A stretch of 64,000 nt of DNA from Savitreella phatthalungensis (lineage: Eukaryota): assembly GCA_051599415.1 (NCBI GenBank), contig AP039693.1, forward strand, positions 1 through 64,000. Direction: 5' to 3'. The notes under the pieces were generated by a model. That model was not told where the DNA came from, did no database searches, and was given only the letters and a program-made list of their open reading frames with translations. Below are positions 8,904 through 19,082 of this stretch, piece after piece; position 1 is the stretch's first letter; every line of letters begins with the position of its first letter. The translations under genes were made by a program, and so were the position numbers.

Positions 8904-9868
8904 ATGACGGTCGCTATCTTCCTATGCGGTACTCAGACGACACTTGGCATCCTCTCGGTTTTTGCCTCAACAGCGTTGAATAAGCCATATCGGACATTGA
9001 GACCGGGTCTACAGCCGGTAGCCGGAATTCTCGCTCGTGTGGGCAAGACTAAAAGACACGTCGTCTTTGACGACATGATCTATCCGCTTGGACAACGAGC
9101 AGATCTGCCGGTGAGGGTCATTCCTTCCGTACGCTCGTTCACTGGCGCAGAGGCCACACTACGCGAAATGATTCTTAGCCTTTCGCAGCCCCCCACAGTG
9201 GACCTCGAAGGTCAGCAAGCCGCGAGCATTGCTCGCGGCATACGTATCGAGGATGGCCCGGAAAACCTTTACGTAAGGGTCTCGGAAACCATGAAACTAG
9301 ACGGGCATTCAGACCTGCTCTTCCGAGCAAAGCTATGCACGAGCGGCAGAGCTGTGACTCTGCAGAGAAATCTGCATATTCTTTTCGCTCTGATGACGGC
9401 TCACCGGTATGGACAGAGCCTTCTGCGGTGAGTGGTGCGAAGACAAGCCAGACCGCCGCGCAGGTCGGATTCTCGCACTGGGCAGGGGTAAACCTCGCGC
9501 GGACCGGCGCCAGTACATCAACAATGCCCATGATTCTGCCGAAGTCAGATTTGACCGATGATGTATGGGCAGGATTCCGAATTCCGGAGTCAAGTGAAGT
9601 CGCGACCCTGACGCGAGCGAAATTCCGGGCTCCGTCGCTCGACCTTTCGAGCGACCAACAAAGCGCTATGCGGCGCTACGCGCTGCTGGTCGTGCGCGAA
9701 TGCGCCGATGGCGAGAACCTAGCAATCTGGGACACAGCCAGCCGCGCGCCAGAGATCAGAGAACGGTCAAGTCTGGCAAGCTACCGTCCGCGACGTTACA
9801 TTGTTGTCCGGCGGGACTCAAGCGCCGAGCACTGCGATGTTCGGGTTGAAGACGCCGATACAACTTAG
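8904..9868 (+). CDS. Family B copy 2 (about 321 aa), split by one frameshift in a T-run at 9382-9385, probably an assembly error
   Basis: ORFs 8904-9431 and 9335-9868 together align end to end with 4244-5167. Adding one T restores LHILFRSDDG. Confidence 0.8.
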
Positions 9869-10004
9869 ACCCATGACCGTACCTGACTGATGAATGAACG
9901 TATAAATTATGAGAACTTGAAGAACAAAGCCTGGATCCTCCCGATGATTAGTTGCGATGTACTCAAACAGACGCGCAGACCTTGGGACGGCCTTTCTCTG
10001 TTTC

Positions 10005-10167
10005 TTGCTCTGGTCCGGCGAGCGAAGCATACCTGGGCTGTAGCTGCTGCCGAACTGGGCGAGAGCTAGTTCGAATCCCTTCGATTGCTCTTGTCCGGCG
10101 AGCGAAGCATACCAGGGCTGTAGCTGCTGCCGAACTGGTCGAGAGGTAGTTCGAATCCCTTTGATTG
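10005..10167. repeat. 80-bp tandem duplication containing a B-box-like GTTCGAATCC
   Basis: Units start at 10005 and 10085 and are near-identical. GTTCGAATCC lies at 10069 and 10149. Confidence 0.9.
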
Positions 10168-10269
10168 AGTCGGAATTTGAACTGTAATGCTGGCAGTTGC
10201 GCACGTCCGGAAGCGTACAGCGCAAGGCAATGACGTACCGCCGGGTCGGAACTAATCATAGCTACGTTC

Positions 10270-10365
10270 AATCTTTGGTCGGATTGAGGTTCATCATGTT
10301 CCGCGTGACACTGATTGGTGTCGGCATCGCGCCGCAGAACGGAGTATCGGCGAAATGGTGTCATG
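10270..10365 (-). pseudogene. Short family B C-terminal remnant
   Basis: RRYSVLRRDADTNQCH compared with RRLLIVRRDAETKHCD and RRYIVVRRDSSAEHCD in the two long copies. Confidence 0.45.
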
Positions 10366-10458
10366 GCGAAGCCGTGGACGCCCGGAATTGTCGCGTGAGG
10401 CTGGAGAGTCTATAGCTGGAGATCATCCCTGACTCAAACAAGTAGATGGCATTCGCTC

Positions 10459-11894
10459 CTACGCCCTAGCGCTGTCGTCCTCGATCTGATATCGCTCGGC
10501 AAGCCACTTGCTGAACGTGACAGAGGGCTCATCGACATAGCGCTGGAATACATCTGCTGCGTACAAACAGAGTGGCAACAGCACTGCCAGTGCGATGAAC
10601 GCGGCGACTTCCTTCAAGAAAGGATTTGCTTCTGCAAACGTGCCGTTGCCGTAGTAGTATTCCCACTTACCAACGCCGAAGAGCACCCACAGCCCAGGTA
10701 TGACGACGCCGCCAATGCAATAGAGAATAGGACCATGCACGAGATATAAGGAGAAGGAGATTTTGCCGAGATACTGGTTTATCTCGAGTTCGAAGAAGCG
10801 ACGGGCCCAGGCAAGACGGGATATGGCGTAAATCGTGATCATGGATCCAACGGTGAGGCAGACGCGGCGCCTGTCTCCGTCGCCTGTCAAATCGCCTGAA
10901 ACGTCGTCTTTCCCCCGTCCGGAATCCAGAGTTCCAGGAACTTCCATATATAGCCCCATCCGAGGGCATTTGCCTGGTGACCATCGACGGGACAGCTCAT
11001 CAGAAAGCCACCCAATACAAGCATGGGCGTGTCCCACAGAGATGTCTCCTCCTCACGACCGTATTGATGATCGGCCATCCAGACGCCGAAAGCGAACAGT
11101 GCTACCCAAGGCTTGAGCCGGTACACGCAGTAAGCGGTCCAGCCTAGCAGAAAGTAGTGCCGTGCGTCTTTCCGCAGCCGAGCAATGAAAATTAGCATCA
11201 TGTATACCCACAGCGAGCCATGCAGCTCTACGTTGAGCGTCCAGGTGTGCGGCTGATATTTTGTCCAGATTACGAAATCCCACGAGTACGGATCTGCCAG
11301 GTAGAGGACGTCATGCCACCAATCATATATCTGCTCGAGCAGCGTTGCTTTACGCTCAAAAGCCGGGAAATACATGAGCCGTTTGTCGTAGAATCCGAAG
11401 CGAATCAGCCAGAAGGTCACGACGCAAATGGCGAGTGCCGGCAGCATAAGACGTGGAAGCCGCCGCACGATTGAGGAAGAGATGTTCTTCAGAAGTGCAT
11501 CATACCTCCGAGTGTTGATGTAGTCGATCGGTCGATAGGCCAGGGCGAAGCCAGAAACGATGAAGAAGATGCAGACCATCGAATGGCCAGAGCTGAAGAG
11601 CAGTCTGACAAAGGGTAGCTTGACCCAATCGTAATCCTCGGGCGTCTGGCCGTAGCCATAATTACCCCTGTTGTGTACGTTGTCGCTCCAATGGTGAATG
11701 ACAACGAGAAACGCAGCAAGTCCGCGAATTCCATCCAAGTAAGCTGTCGGCCGGAGATCATCCCTTCTTTTCAGGAGTGAGTCCGACCTGAGCATGACTG
11801 TGAACTCGGGCCTCAGGTCAACAGGTAATCGTTTCTCGTAAGGTTCAAGCGATTGTAACCACGAGGACGTGCTTCGCCGCGACTTTGACTTCAT
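10459..11894 (-). CDS. Acyltransferase family 3 (OafA-like) membrane O-acyltransferase, with a frameshift at the C5 run 10912-10916
   Basis: Motifs TAYLDGIRGLAAFLVVIHH, FFIVSGF, RRLPRL and HTWTLNVE in one frame and YLGKISFSLYLVHGP in the next. Multiple hydrophobic helices. One extra G joins the two frames. Confidence 0.88.
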
Positions 11895-12220
11895 CGTAGA
11901 CTTATGTGCACGCGCACAGACCACTCCAAGCTTCTTTCCCCGAGATTTTAGGCCGATCTTTTTGAAAAGCGATTAGTATGGCGGTTCACCTAAACGGGAA
12001 TTCTAGCGAGCGTGATCGGCTCTTGGCCACTGACACATTCCCCTCACCTGGACCCTAGCTAGATCGCCTGAAGAAAAAACACAAACAAGGAGTACGCACA
12101 CTAACACCAGTACACATACACACCCACATCTACACACGACCCTCTTTTTCCCCGACACTCATCTCCTGAGTTATCTACGCAGGCAATATAAGGACTACTG
12201 CTCGCGCTTACTCGAAGAAG

Positions 12221-13543
12221 ATGGAGAAGGGAATGGACGCGATGAATCTATGGCGCGGCTTGCTGTCGACTGCACGCCGGCGCATTTCTTCTCTTGCCAT
12301 TATCGCCATCGTCTTTATTTGCATCACGCAACTGACGTCCGTTCATGTTCAGGCCTCTTTGAAGAGACCTGCTGTTCCCGGTTTCTTTGGTAAGACCTCT
12401 CAGCGCAACGTCGAACCTCACAAGACCCCGACGTTCCCGAAGAAGATATGGCAAACGTGGAAGGTAGATGCGCTAAACCTGGAAGAGCGTGAGTTCGAGC
12501 GTATCGGCTCCTGGTTGGCTAAGAACCCCACATACCAATACGAGCTTCTCACGGACACGAACGCTGAAGAGTATGTCAAGTTTCACTTCGGACCTGGAGG
12601 ACTTGACAAGCCATACATTCTCAATACCTTCCTCGACATGACGGACCACATCCTGAGAGCTGACCTCCTGCGATACATGGTGATGTACGTAGAAGGCGGC
12701 GTGTACACCGATATCGACACTGTCGCGTTGCGTCCCGTATCTCAGTGGATTCCGAGACACTACGATCAGCGCGATATTTCGATGGTTATCGGCGTAGAAG
12801 TGGACGAACCAGACTGGGCCGAGTATCACAAGGACTTCGCTCAGACCACTGGTTTCTGCCAATGGACCTTCATGTGTAAGCCGGGCCACCCTGTGATGCT
12901 GCGATTGCTTGAGCATGCCATCTCGCAGGTCCACCGCTTGTCGCAGCTTCAGAAGTGCCGAGTCTCCGAGATCAAGCCATCGTTTCGCGAGGTGCTGAAT
13001 ATCACCGGCCCTGCTGCTTTCACCAACGCCATATTGGGCTACATGAATCGTGACATTGGCGGCACCGACGAGCGCACTGGCAAGAAGAAGGGAAAGATCA
13101 CCTGGGACGAGTTTCACGCGATCACAGAGTCGGTCGTGGTAGAAGACATTCTGGTGCTCACTGTGGAGGCATTCGCTGCTAGCTCGCCCCACTCAGACTC
13201 TGGCAGTATCAACTCGAACCACGCCCTTGTCCAGCATCTTTACGGTGCCAGTAATTGGCCCGAAGGTCATCCGAGGGCAGACCGCGAGCTGGAGGACTGC
13301 AATTATGATGAGAAGTGTATCGCTGAGTACAAGGCCAAGCAGGTTGAGAAGGGTCTCACTGACTCATCGGTGGTCGGTGGTCCAATCGTGGAGCTTTGCA
13401 ATGGCGACCAGACCTGTATCGATAACTACATCAAATCACAGAACAACGATCGCGAGGAGAAGCCAGCTGTGGGCCCAGATTCCGATAGCGGCGTGTCCGA
13501 TTTTATGGCAGAAGCCATGAAGGATCAGTCCGAGCGACAATAA
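12221..13543 (+). CDS. GT32 (Och1/Hoc1-like) alpha-1,6-mannosyltransferase
   Basis: N-terminal type II anchor, FPKKIWQTWK, RADLLRYMVMYVEGGVYTDID (DxD), FCQWTF..PGHP and TGPAAFT. Confidence 0.92.
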   Translation: MEKGMDAMNLWRGLLSTARRRISSLAIIAIVFICITQLTSVHVQASLKRPAVPGFFGKTSQRNVEPHKTPTFPKKIWQTWKVDALNLEEREFERIGSWLAKNPTYQYELLTDTNAEEYVKFHFGPGGLDKPYILNTFLDMTDHILRADLLRYMVMYVEGGVYTDIDTVALRPVSQWIPRHYDQRDISMVIGVEVDEPDWAEYHKDFAQTTGFCQWTFMCKPGHPVMLRLLEHAISQVHRLSQLQKCRVSEIKPSFREVLNITGPAAFTNAILGYMNRDIGGTDERTGKKKGKITWDEFHAITESVVVEDILVLTVEAFAASSPHSDSGSINSNHALVQHLYGASNWPEGHPRADRELEDCNYDEKCIAEYKAKQVEKGLTDSSVVGGPIVELCNGDQTCIDNYIKSQNNDREEKPAVGPDSDSGVSDFMAEAMKDQSERQ

Positions 13544-13620
13544 ACTACATGACATACTTTAGTAATGGACAGCCAGAGATATTTATAGACCTTATCAGGC
13601 ACAACGTATTTTGTGAACTT

Positions 13621-15705
13621 ATGCCGTCTCAAAAGAAGCTTGAGTTTCTCGCGCGCAAGCGCAAGCTCAAGGGCGACGTCAAGGAGGAGGTGTCTGATGA
13701 GCCTGCAGCAAAAAAAGTGCGTGCGGCGCGGCCAACACAGAAAGAAATCGCAGCCGAGACGAACACGCTCTTCGTGCGCAATCTGGCGTTCGACACAGAT
13801 GATGCAGCCCTCGCATCCTTCTTCGGTCAACACGCGCCCGTCAAGCACACTGTCGTAGTGAAGGACAAGACGACGAAAGCCAGCCTTGGCTACGGCTTCG
13901 TATCATTTGCTAGCGCAGAAGATGCGGCTCTTGCCAAAGGTGCTATTGCACAAGAGAAGCTCGGTGATCGTATCATTAAGGTTGATTTTGCGCAACGAAG
14001 GCAGCGCGACATCGACTCCAGTGGAGTCGCTGATCAGCCGCAGTCGATGTCTCATCCGGGAACAACTACAGCAAGACATCCGACGACAGAGGTAATCGTT
14101 CGCAATCTCAGTTTCGGTATCAGAAAGCCGGATGACTTGATCAAGCATTTCGTAAAGTTCGGAGCCATCAAGGAATGCCGCATCCCGCGCGGTCAGGGAC
14201 AGAAGATGCTCGGCTTTGCATTCGTGAGATACAAGCGTCGTGCTTGCGCCGAAGCCGCGATCGTAGGGCTCAATGGGAAAGAGATTGAGGGTCGATTAGT
14301 CGCTGTTGACTGGTCCGAGCAGCGCAGTGAGGTCAAGACTGAAGAAGTTTCTGCAGAAGGAAAAGGCATCCCGTCAATCAAGCGAGAGGAAGGAGAAGAG
14401 GAAGCTAACGAAGAAGCAGAAGGAGAAGAAGAAGAGGAGGAAGAGGTGGACGACGACGACGACGATGATGAGAGAGCCTTTGGCTTGATTGCCGAAGCCG
14501 ACGACCTGAGCGACGCAGAACAAGAAGGCACCAGTGATGTTGAGGACAATCGTATGGATGGAGACGAGGACCCGGTCGAGGATGAAGATTCTGAAACAGG
14601 TGAGCAAGCCACCCGCGAGCAGCACAACGACTATACATCGACGCTTTTTGTCCGCAATCTGCTATTCGAAACGACAGAGGACTCTATAAAGGCTCACTTC
14701 CGCAGGTTTGGGCCGATCAGATATTGTAAGCTTGTGCGGGATTTGGCGACGGAGCGCTCGCGCGGAACTGCATTTGTACGCTTCGTACATGAGGCGGACG
14801 CTCAGGCCTGTCTGACGATGCACAAGAATGCTACACGGGCGAATAGCGCAAAGGTCAACAGCTTACTTCTTCAGGACAATGAGTTCACACTTGACGGTCG
14901 GATGCTGGATGTACAGCAGTCGCTACCGCGGGAAGACGCCGCAAAGGCGGTAGAACGTAACGAGGCAAACAAGCGAGCATCGGAGGGGAAGGGTATTGAT
15001 CGGCGCAGAATGTTCCTGCTCGAGGAAGGTCGCTTGGATGATAGCTCGCTTTCTGACGCTGACAAACTTCTCCGAACGCAATCGTATAACCAGCGCAAGA
15101 AGATGCTTGCCTCCAATCCGAGCCTGCACGTTTCATTGACGCGGCTCAGCGTCCGTAACCTGCCCCGCCACATCACAGGTCCTGAGCTAAAGTATCTGGC
15201 TCGGCAAGCCGTTGTTGGATTTGGCCAAGATGCTAAGGCTGGGAAGCGAGCGTCAATTTCGAAGGATGAGAGAGCACGCGATGGAGCCGCTGCACAACAG
15301 CGGACTGCTGCGATTACACAGGCCAAGATCGTGGTCGAGAAAGACGGCGGGCGATCTCGCGGCTATGGCTTCATCGAGTGCTCTTCGCACCGGTACGCTC
15401 TTATGTGTCTGCGCTGGCTCAACGGCAGAGTGCTTGGAGGCGACATCGATTTGGTCGAGTTGAAGAACGCGCACCCGCCGAAAAAGCAGGCCATCAAAGC
15501 TGACGAGAACGATCGCAAACGCAGGCTGATTGTTGAATTTGCAATTGAGAACATCGCAGTCGTCAAGCGTCGGCAGGAGCGCGAGCGTGTCTCTCGAGAG
15601 CCCAAGCTGGTCGAGGCCACAGAGAATGTACCCAAAGAGGTTGCTCACAATCCGCTCGGACGAATTTTGTCTCGTCGTCGCCAGCAAAAGCGAGCAAAAA
15701 GATAA
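13621..15705 (+). CDS. NOP4: Nucleolar four-RRM protein Nop4/RBM28
   Basis: Four RRMs (TLFVRNL, GYGFVSF, GFAFVRY, GTAFVRF, GYGFIE), an acidic linker, NPSLHVSLTRLSVRNLPR and RRLIVEFAIEN. ATG 13621 is preferred over 13549. Confidence 0.93.
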   Translation: MPSQKKLEFLARKRKLKGDVKEEVSDEPAAKKVRAARPTQKEIAAETNTLFVRNLAFDTDDAALASFFGQHAPVKHTVVVKDKTTKASLGYGFVSFASAEDAALAKGAIAQEKLGDRIIKVDFAQRRQRDIDSSGVADQPQSMSHPGTTTARHPTTEVIVRNLSFGIRKPDDLIKHFVKFGAIKECRIPRGQGQKMLGFAFVRYKRRACAEAAIVGLNGKEIEGRLVAVDWSEQRSEVKTEEVSAEGKGIPSIKREEGEEEANEEAEGEEEEEEEVDDDDDDDERAFGLIAEADDLSDAEQEGTSDVEDNRMDGDEDPVEDEDSETGEQATREQHNDYTSTLFVRNLLFETTEDSIKAHFRRFGPIRYCKLVRDLATERSRGTAFVRFVHEADAQACLTMHKNATRANSAKVNSLLLQDNEFTLDGRMLDVQQSLPREDAAKAVERNEANKRASEGKGIDRRRMFLLEEGRLDDSSLSDADKLLRTQSYNQRKKMLASNPSLHVSLTRLSVRNLPRHITGPELKYLARQAVVGFGQDAKAGKRASISKDERARDGAAAQQRTAAITQAKIVVEKDGGRSRGYGFIECSSHRYALMCLRWLNGRVLGGDIDLVELKNAHPPKKQAIKADENDRKRRLIVEFAIENIAVVKRRQERERVSREPKLVEATENVPKEVAHNPLGRILSRRRQQKRAKR

Positions 15706-15773
15706 ATTTAGTTAAAATATTCCCCGCTAAAAATGGTTGACCGGGCTCTCCACAAAGACACGCACGCGATCGC

Positions 15774-17210
15774 ATGTCATTGCCGGGTAGTGCGGCTTCG
15801 GCACCTAGCAGGTTCCATCGCCTCACGCGCTTCGCGTTGTCCAGCCTGAAACCTGGAACAGTATGGCGCGAAGTAGGCGATGATTGTCGTCTTGGCAAGC
15901 TCCGCGAAACTGCCTGGTTGGACGGTCTACGCGGTTATGCCTCATTTCTAGTCTACATCACCCATCATCTCCTATGGGCCCACCGTGGTGGCCTGGAGCT
16001 CGCATACGGCTATGACGGCAAATATCAGTTCATTACATTGCCCTTCGTGCGGACCTTCTTCACAGGCTCTCATGCAGCTGTCTCGGTCTTTTTCATCATC
16101 AGTGGCTATGTGCTGACTTACAAACCTACATTGCTTGCCAGGGAGGGGCGTCTGCTCGAAGCCAACGATGCGCTGGCGAGCTCGGTGTTTCGACGAGCTA
16201 TTCGACTCTACATTCCCGTGCTTGGCGTGAGCTGGACTTGCATCTGCTTGTATTACATGACTGGCGTCTTTCCACACTCGCCCGCCGACTTCTCCCGATC
16301 GATTTTCAGCGAGCTCTACCGTTCCTGGTATGAATTCTGGGTATGGTCCTATCCGATGCGCACTAAGTCAACGGGCTATTGGACAGATTACGGCTTTATA
16401 CTGCCCAACTACTACAGATATAATCTGCATACGTGGACCATTCCTGTCGAGGTACAGGGCTCGATGGTCGTTTTCCTGTTGGCTCTAGCAACGAGCAGGA
16501 TGATACCGAAATATAGGATTGGTCTTCTGGCGGTGCTTTCCTACTACTTTCTTGTCCGTGGCGGTTGGTTCTACAGCAGCTTTGTGGCCGGCATGGCGCT
16601 GGCCGAGGTCGACCAAATTGCAAAGAAGGAGCCTTTCTGGCCCAAGCATCGTCAAAGGCCACGTAATCTATTGACCTGGGCTTCGCTCGTCCTAGGTCTA
16701 TATCTTGCCGGCATGCCTGGACTAGGCTTCGATACGATGACCCCGGCGGAGCTTGCGGAACAGCCAGGCTGGTCACTAGTGGCTAAGATCGTTCCGGACA
16801 TTTACTCGGACATCTCTGTCTTTGTATTGAGCATCGCTGCCGTCTTCCTGGTCATCGGCATTTCTCACATCCCGAGAATGAAGGCCGTGTTCGAGATGCG
16901 CGTCATGCAATATCTGGGCCGCAATTCTTTCGCATTCTATCTGGTTCATGGCCCTGTCTTGAGCATCATCGGGGATCGCGTCTACCACATTGTCGGTCGT
17001 GAGCATGGCATGCCAGGAGACATGGAGGAGTGGACAAATTTATTGCCTCTCCCGGATTGGGGTCCGAGCGGCCTGGAGATTGACTTCATCTTGCCCCATA
17101 TCGTGCTTCTCCCTGTCACACTTTACCTATCTGACGTATGCACGAAACTTTGGGATGAGCCAAGTGTACGGATTGCGCAATGGAGCTACAACAAGGTTAG
17201 AGGTCGCTGA
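15774..17210 (+). CDS. Acyltransferase family 3 (OafA-like) membrane O-acyltransferase
   Basis: TAWLDGLRGYASFLVYITH, FFIISGYVL, FRRAIRLY, HTWTIPVE and YLGRNSFAFYLVHGP. Confidence 0.92.
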   Translation: MSLPGSAASAPSRFHRLTRFALSSLKPGTVWREVGDDCRLGKLRETAWLDGLRGYASFLVYITHHLLWAHRGGLELAYGYDGKYQFITLPFVRTFFTGSHAAVSVFFIISGYVLTYKPTLLAREGRLLEANDALASSVFRRAIRLYIPVLGVSWTCICLYYMTGVFPHSPADFSRSIFSELYRSWYEFWVWSYPMRTKSTGYWTDYGFILPNYYRYNLHTWTIPVEVQGSMVVFLLALATSRMIPKYRIGLLAVLSYYFLVRGGWFYSSFVAGMALAEVDQIAKKEPFWPKHRQRPRNLLTWASLVLGLYLAGMPGLGFDTMTPAELAEQPGWSLVAKIVPDIYSDISVFVLSIAAVFLVIGISHIPRMKAVFEMRVMQYLGRNSFAFYLVHGPVLSIIGDRVYHIVGREHGMPGDMEEWTNLLPLPDWGPSGLEIDFILPHIVLLPVTLYLSDVCTKLWDEPSVRIAQWSYNKVRGR

Positions 17211-17217
17211 ATGGATT

Positions 17218-18882
17218 CTACAGTTTGGCCGACATCTCTCTCTTGGCACGTTCGCGCAATTCGCGTCGCAGGAGTTTGCCCGAGGGCGATTTAGGAACGG
17301 TGTCCACAAAGACGACGCCTCCCTTGGGTACTTTGAACCGCGCAACCCGTTCTGACATCCACCCCAATAGCTCTTCAGCCGTGAGGGCGCTGCCAGTAGC
17401 GGACTTGACCACGTACGCTCGAGGCACTTCCCCGGCGTCCTTGTGTGGTACGCCGATGACACATGCATCTGCGATGCTATCATGACTGAGGAGAAGCGCT
17501 TCCAGCTCGGCTGGAGCGACCTGATTGCCTTTGACTTTGATAAGTTCCTTTCGACGATCAACGATCCAGAAGCGCTCGGCATTGCCTGTCTCCACCGAAC
17601 GAACGGCGATGTCGCCTGTGTGCAACCAGCCGTCGGAATCGATCGTCTCAGCGGTGGCCTTCGGATTGCGGAGGTACCCTTTCATGATTTGTGGGCCACG
17701 GAGGAGAAGCTCGCCACGATGTTCGGGTCCTCTGCCTGTAATTTCCTCTCCCGTGTCTGGATCAATGAGCTTGATCTCTGTCATCGGAACAGGACGCCCA
17801 ATGCTGCCGTCTCTGTCATCGTCGATGCCAGAGATTGTCGTGGCGGTCGTCGTGCATTCTGATAGGCCATAACCCTGTCCGATCTTCAGCTTTGGATGCA
17901 GGCGCTTACGGAGCGCAGCGATGACCTCGTCGCCCAGTGGCGCAGCGCCAGAGCCAATCATGCGCAAGGACGACAAATCGAATTTGTCGACAAGCGGGTG
18001 TTTCGCCAGAAGCGTCACGACCGGGGGAACAGTGCCAAGTGCCATGATTTTGTGCTTCTGTATGAGGCCGAGCATTTGCGGGAAGTCGAATTTTCGGGTC
18101 ACGATCCAAGTAGTTCCGTGTCGAAACGCTCCGTTACATGCCTGTGAGAGACCATACGCATGGTACATGGGCAAATGGCCTAGGAATGGACCTTCAATAG
18201 GATCTTCTCCATGTTTTTCCCGTAAAGCATCGCCTTGATCCTTGACCCATGTCGATTGTAGCGAATTCGCCACGACGTTCCGGTGAGTGAGCTCGACACC
18301 TTTAGGCAATCCAGTCGTGCCACTGGAGTACAGAATAATGGCCGTTTGTTCGCGCAATACAGTTGGGTCGGAGATCCTTTTCCATGGGTACTCTTCCTTG
18401 GTCAGTAGACCCGGAATCTGCTGGAAGGTCAGAACCTCAGCCGGTGCAGCGCCACCGACAATCTGAACAGCGTTCCTGGCGGTTTGCTCGAGCGCAGCGT
18501 CTGCGAGAATGATCTTGGCGCGCGAGTCCCTCACTTGGTGAGCCAATTCATTTGCAGTAAGCGTCGGGTTGGCTCCAGTGAAGACCGCGCCAGCACAGAT
18601 TGTGCCGTATATGACAACCGGAAAGAGGATTGAATTGGGCGAGAAACAGAGTACAACATCGCCGTCACGGACGCTGCGCCTTCGTAGCATAGCAGCGATC
18701 TTCCTGAGCAGAACCTGTGCCTCACCATATTTGATGGTTCGCGACTCATCGTCTGCATCCACATAGATCACAGTGTCCTCGGTCACAGTCGGACTGTCAA
18801 AGACGAAGCTGAGAATGTCCTTGTCAGGGATCTCGAGGGTGACCTGAGAAGGATCAGGAAAATCCTTTGCCAAGCCTGCCAT
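17218..18882 (-). CDS. 4-coumarate-CoA-ligase-like acyl-CoA synthetase, predicted peroxisomal
   Basis: YSSGTTGLPKG, QGYGLSE, GWLHTGD, DRRKELIKVKG and PKSPSGKLLRR. C-terminal AKL (PTS1). Confidence 0.95.
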   Translation of the reverse strand: MAGLAKDFPDPSQVTLEIPDKDILSFVFDSPTVTEDTVIYVDADDESRTIKYGEAQVLLRKIAAMLRRRSVRDGDVVLCFSPNSILFPVVIYGTICAGAVFTGANPTLTANELAHQVRDSRAKIILADAALEQTARNAVQIVGGAAPAEVLTFQQIPGLLTKEEYPWKRISDPTVLREQTAIILYSSGTTGLPKGVELTHRNVVANSLQSTWVKDQGDALREKHGEDPIEGPFLGHLPMYHAYGLSQACNGAFRHGTTWIVTRKFDFPQMLGLIQKHKIMALGTVPPVVTLLAKHPLVDKFDLSSLRMIGSGAAPLGDEVIAALRKRLHPKLKIGQGYGLSECTTTATTISGIDDDRDGSIGRPVPMTEIKLIDPDTGEEITGRGPEHRGELLLRGPQIMKGYLRNPKATAETIDSDGWLHTGDIAVRSVETGNAERFWIVDRRKELIKVKGNQVAPAELEALLLSHDSIADACVIGVPHKDAGEVPRAYVVKSATGSALTAEELLGWMSERVARFKVPKGGVVFVDTVPKSPSGKLLRRELRERAKREMSAKL

Positions 18883-19082
18883 ATCGATCGGTGTCGTGCT
18901 CCTATGTGTCGGTTGTGTTCAGCTGCGCTTAATACTGCGTGCCGCGGCGGCGAGTATATGGAGATATCGGCATGAGCCGTATACGTTCTGAGATCTCGAG
19001 AAATTGTGGAGAAAGCCAGAAATAGAATCATGTGTATGCGCCGAATAAACCAGCTACGTCTTCCGCCCTATTCTTATAATCG

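Noticed and set aside
224..10400. Telomere-linked RecQ helicase or telomeric retrotransposon
   Set aside because: No Walker A, DExH, reverse transcriptase or transposase motifs were seen in any frame.
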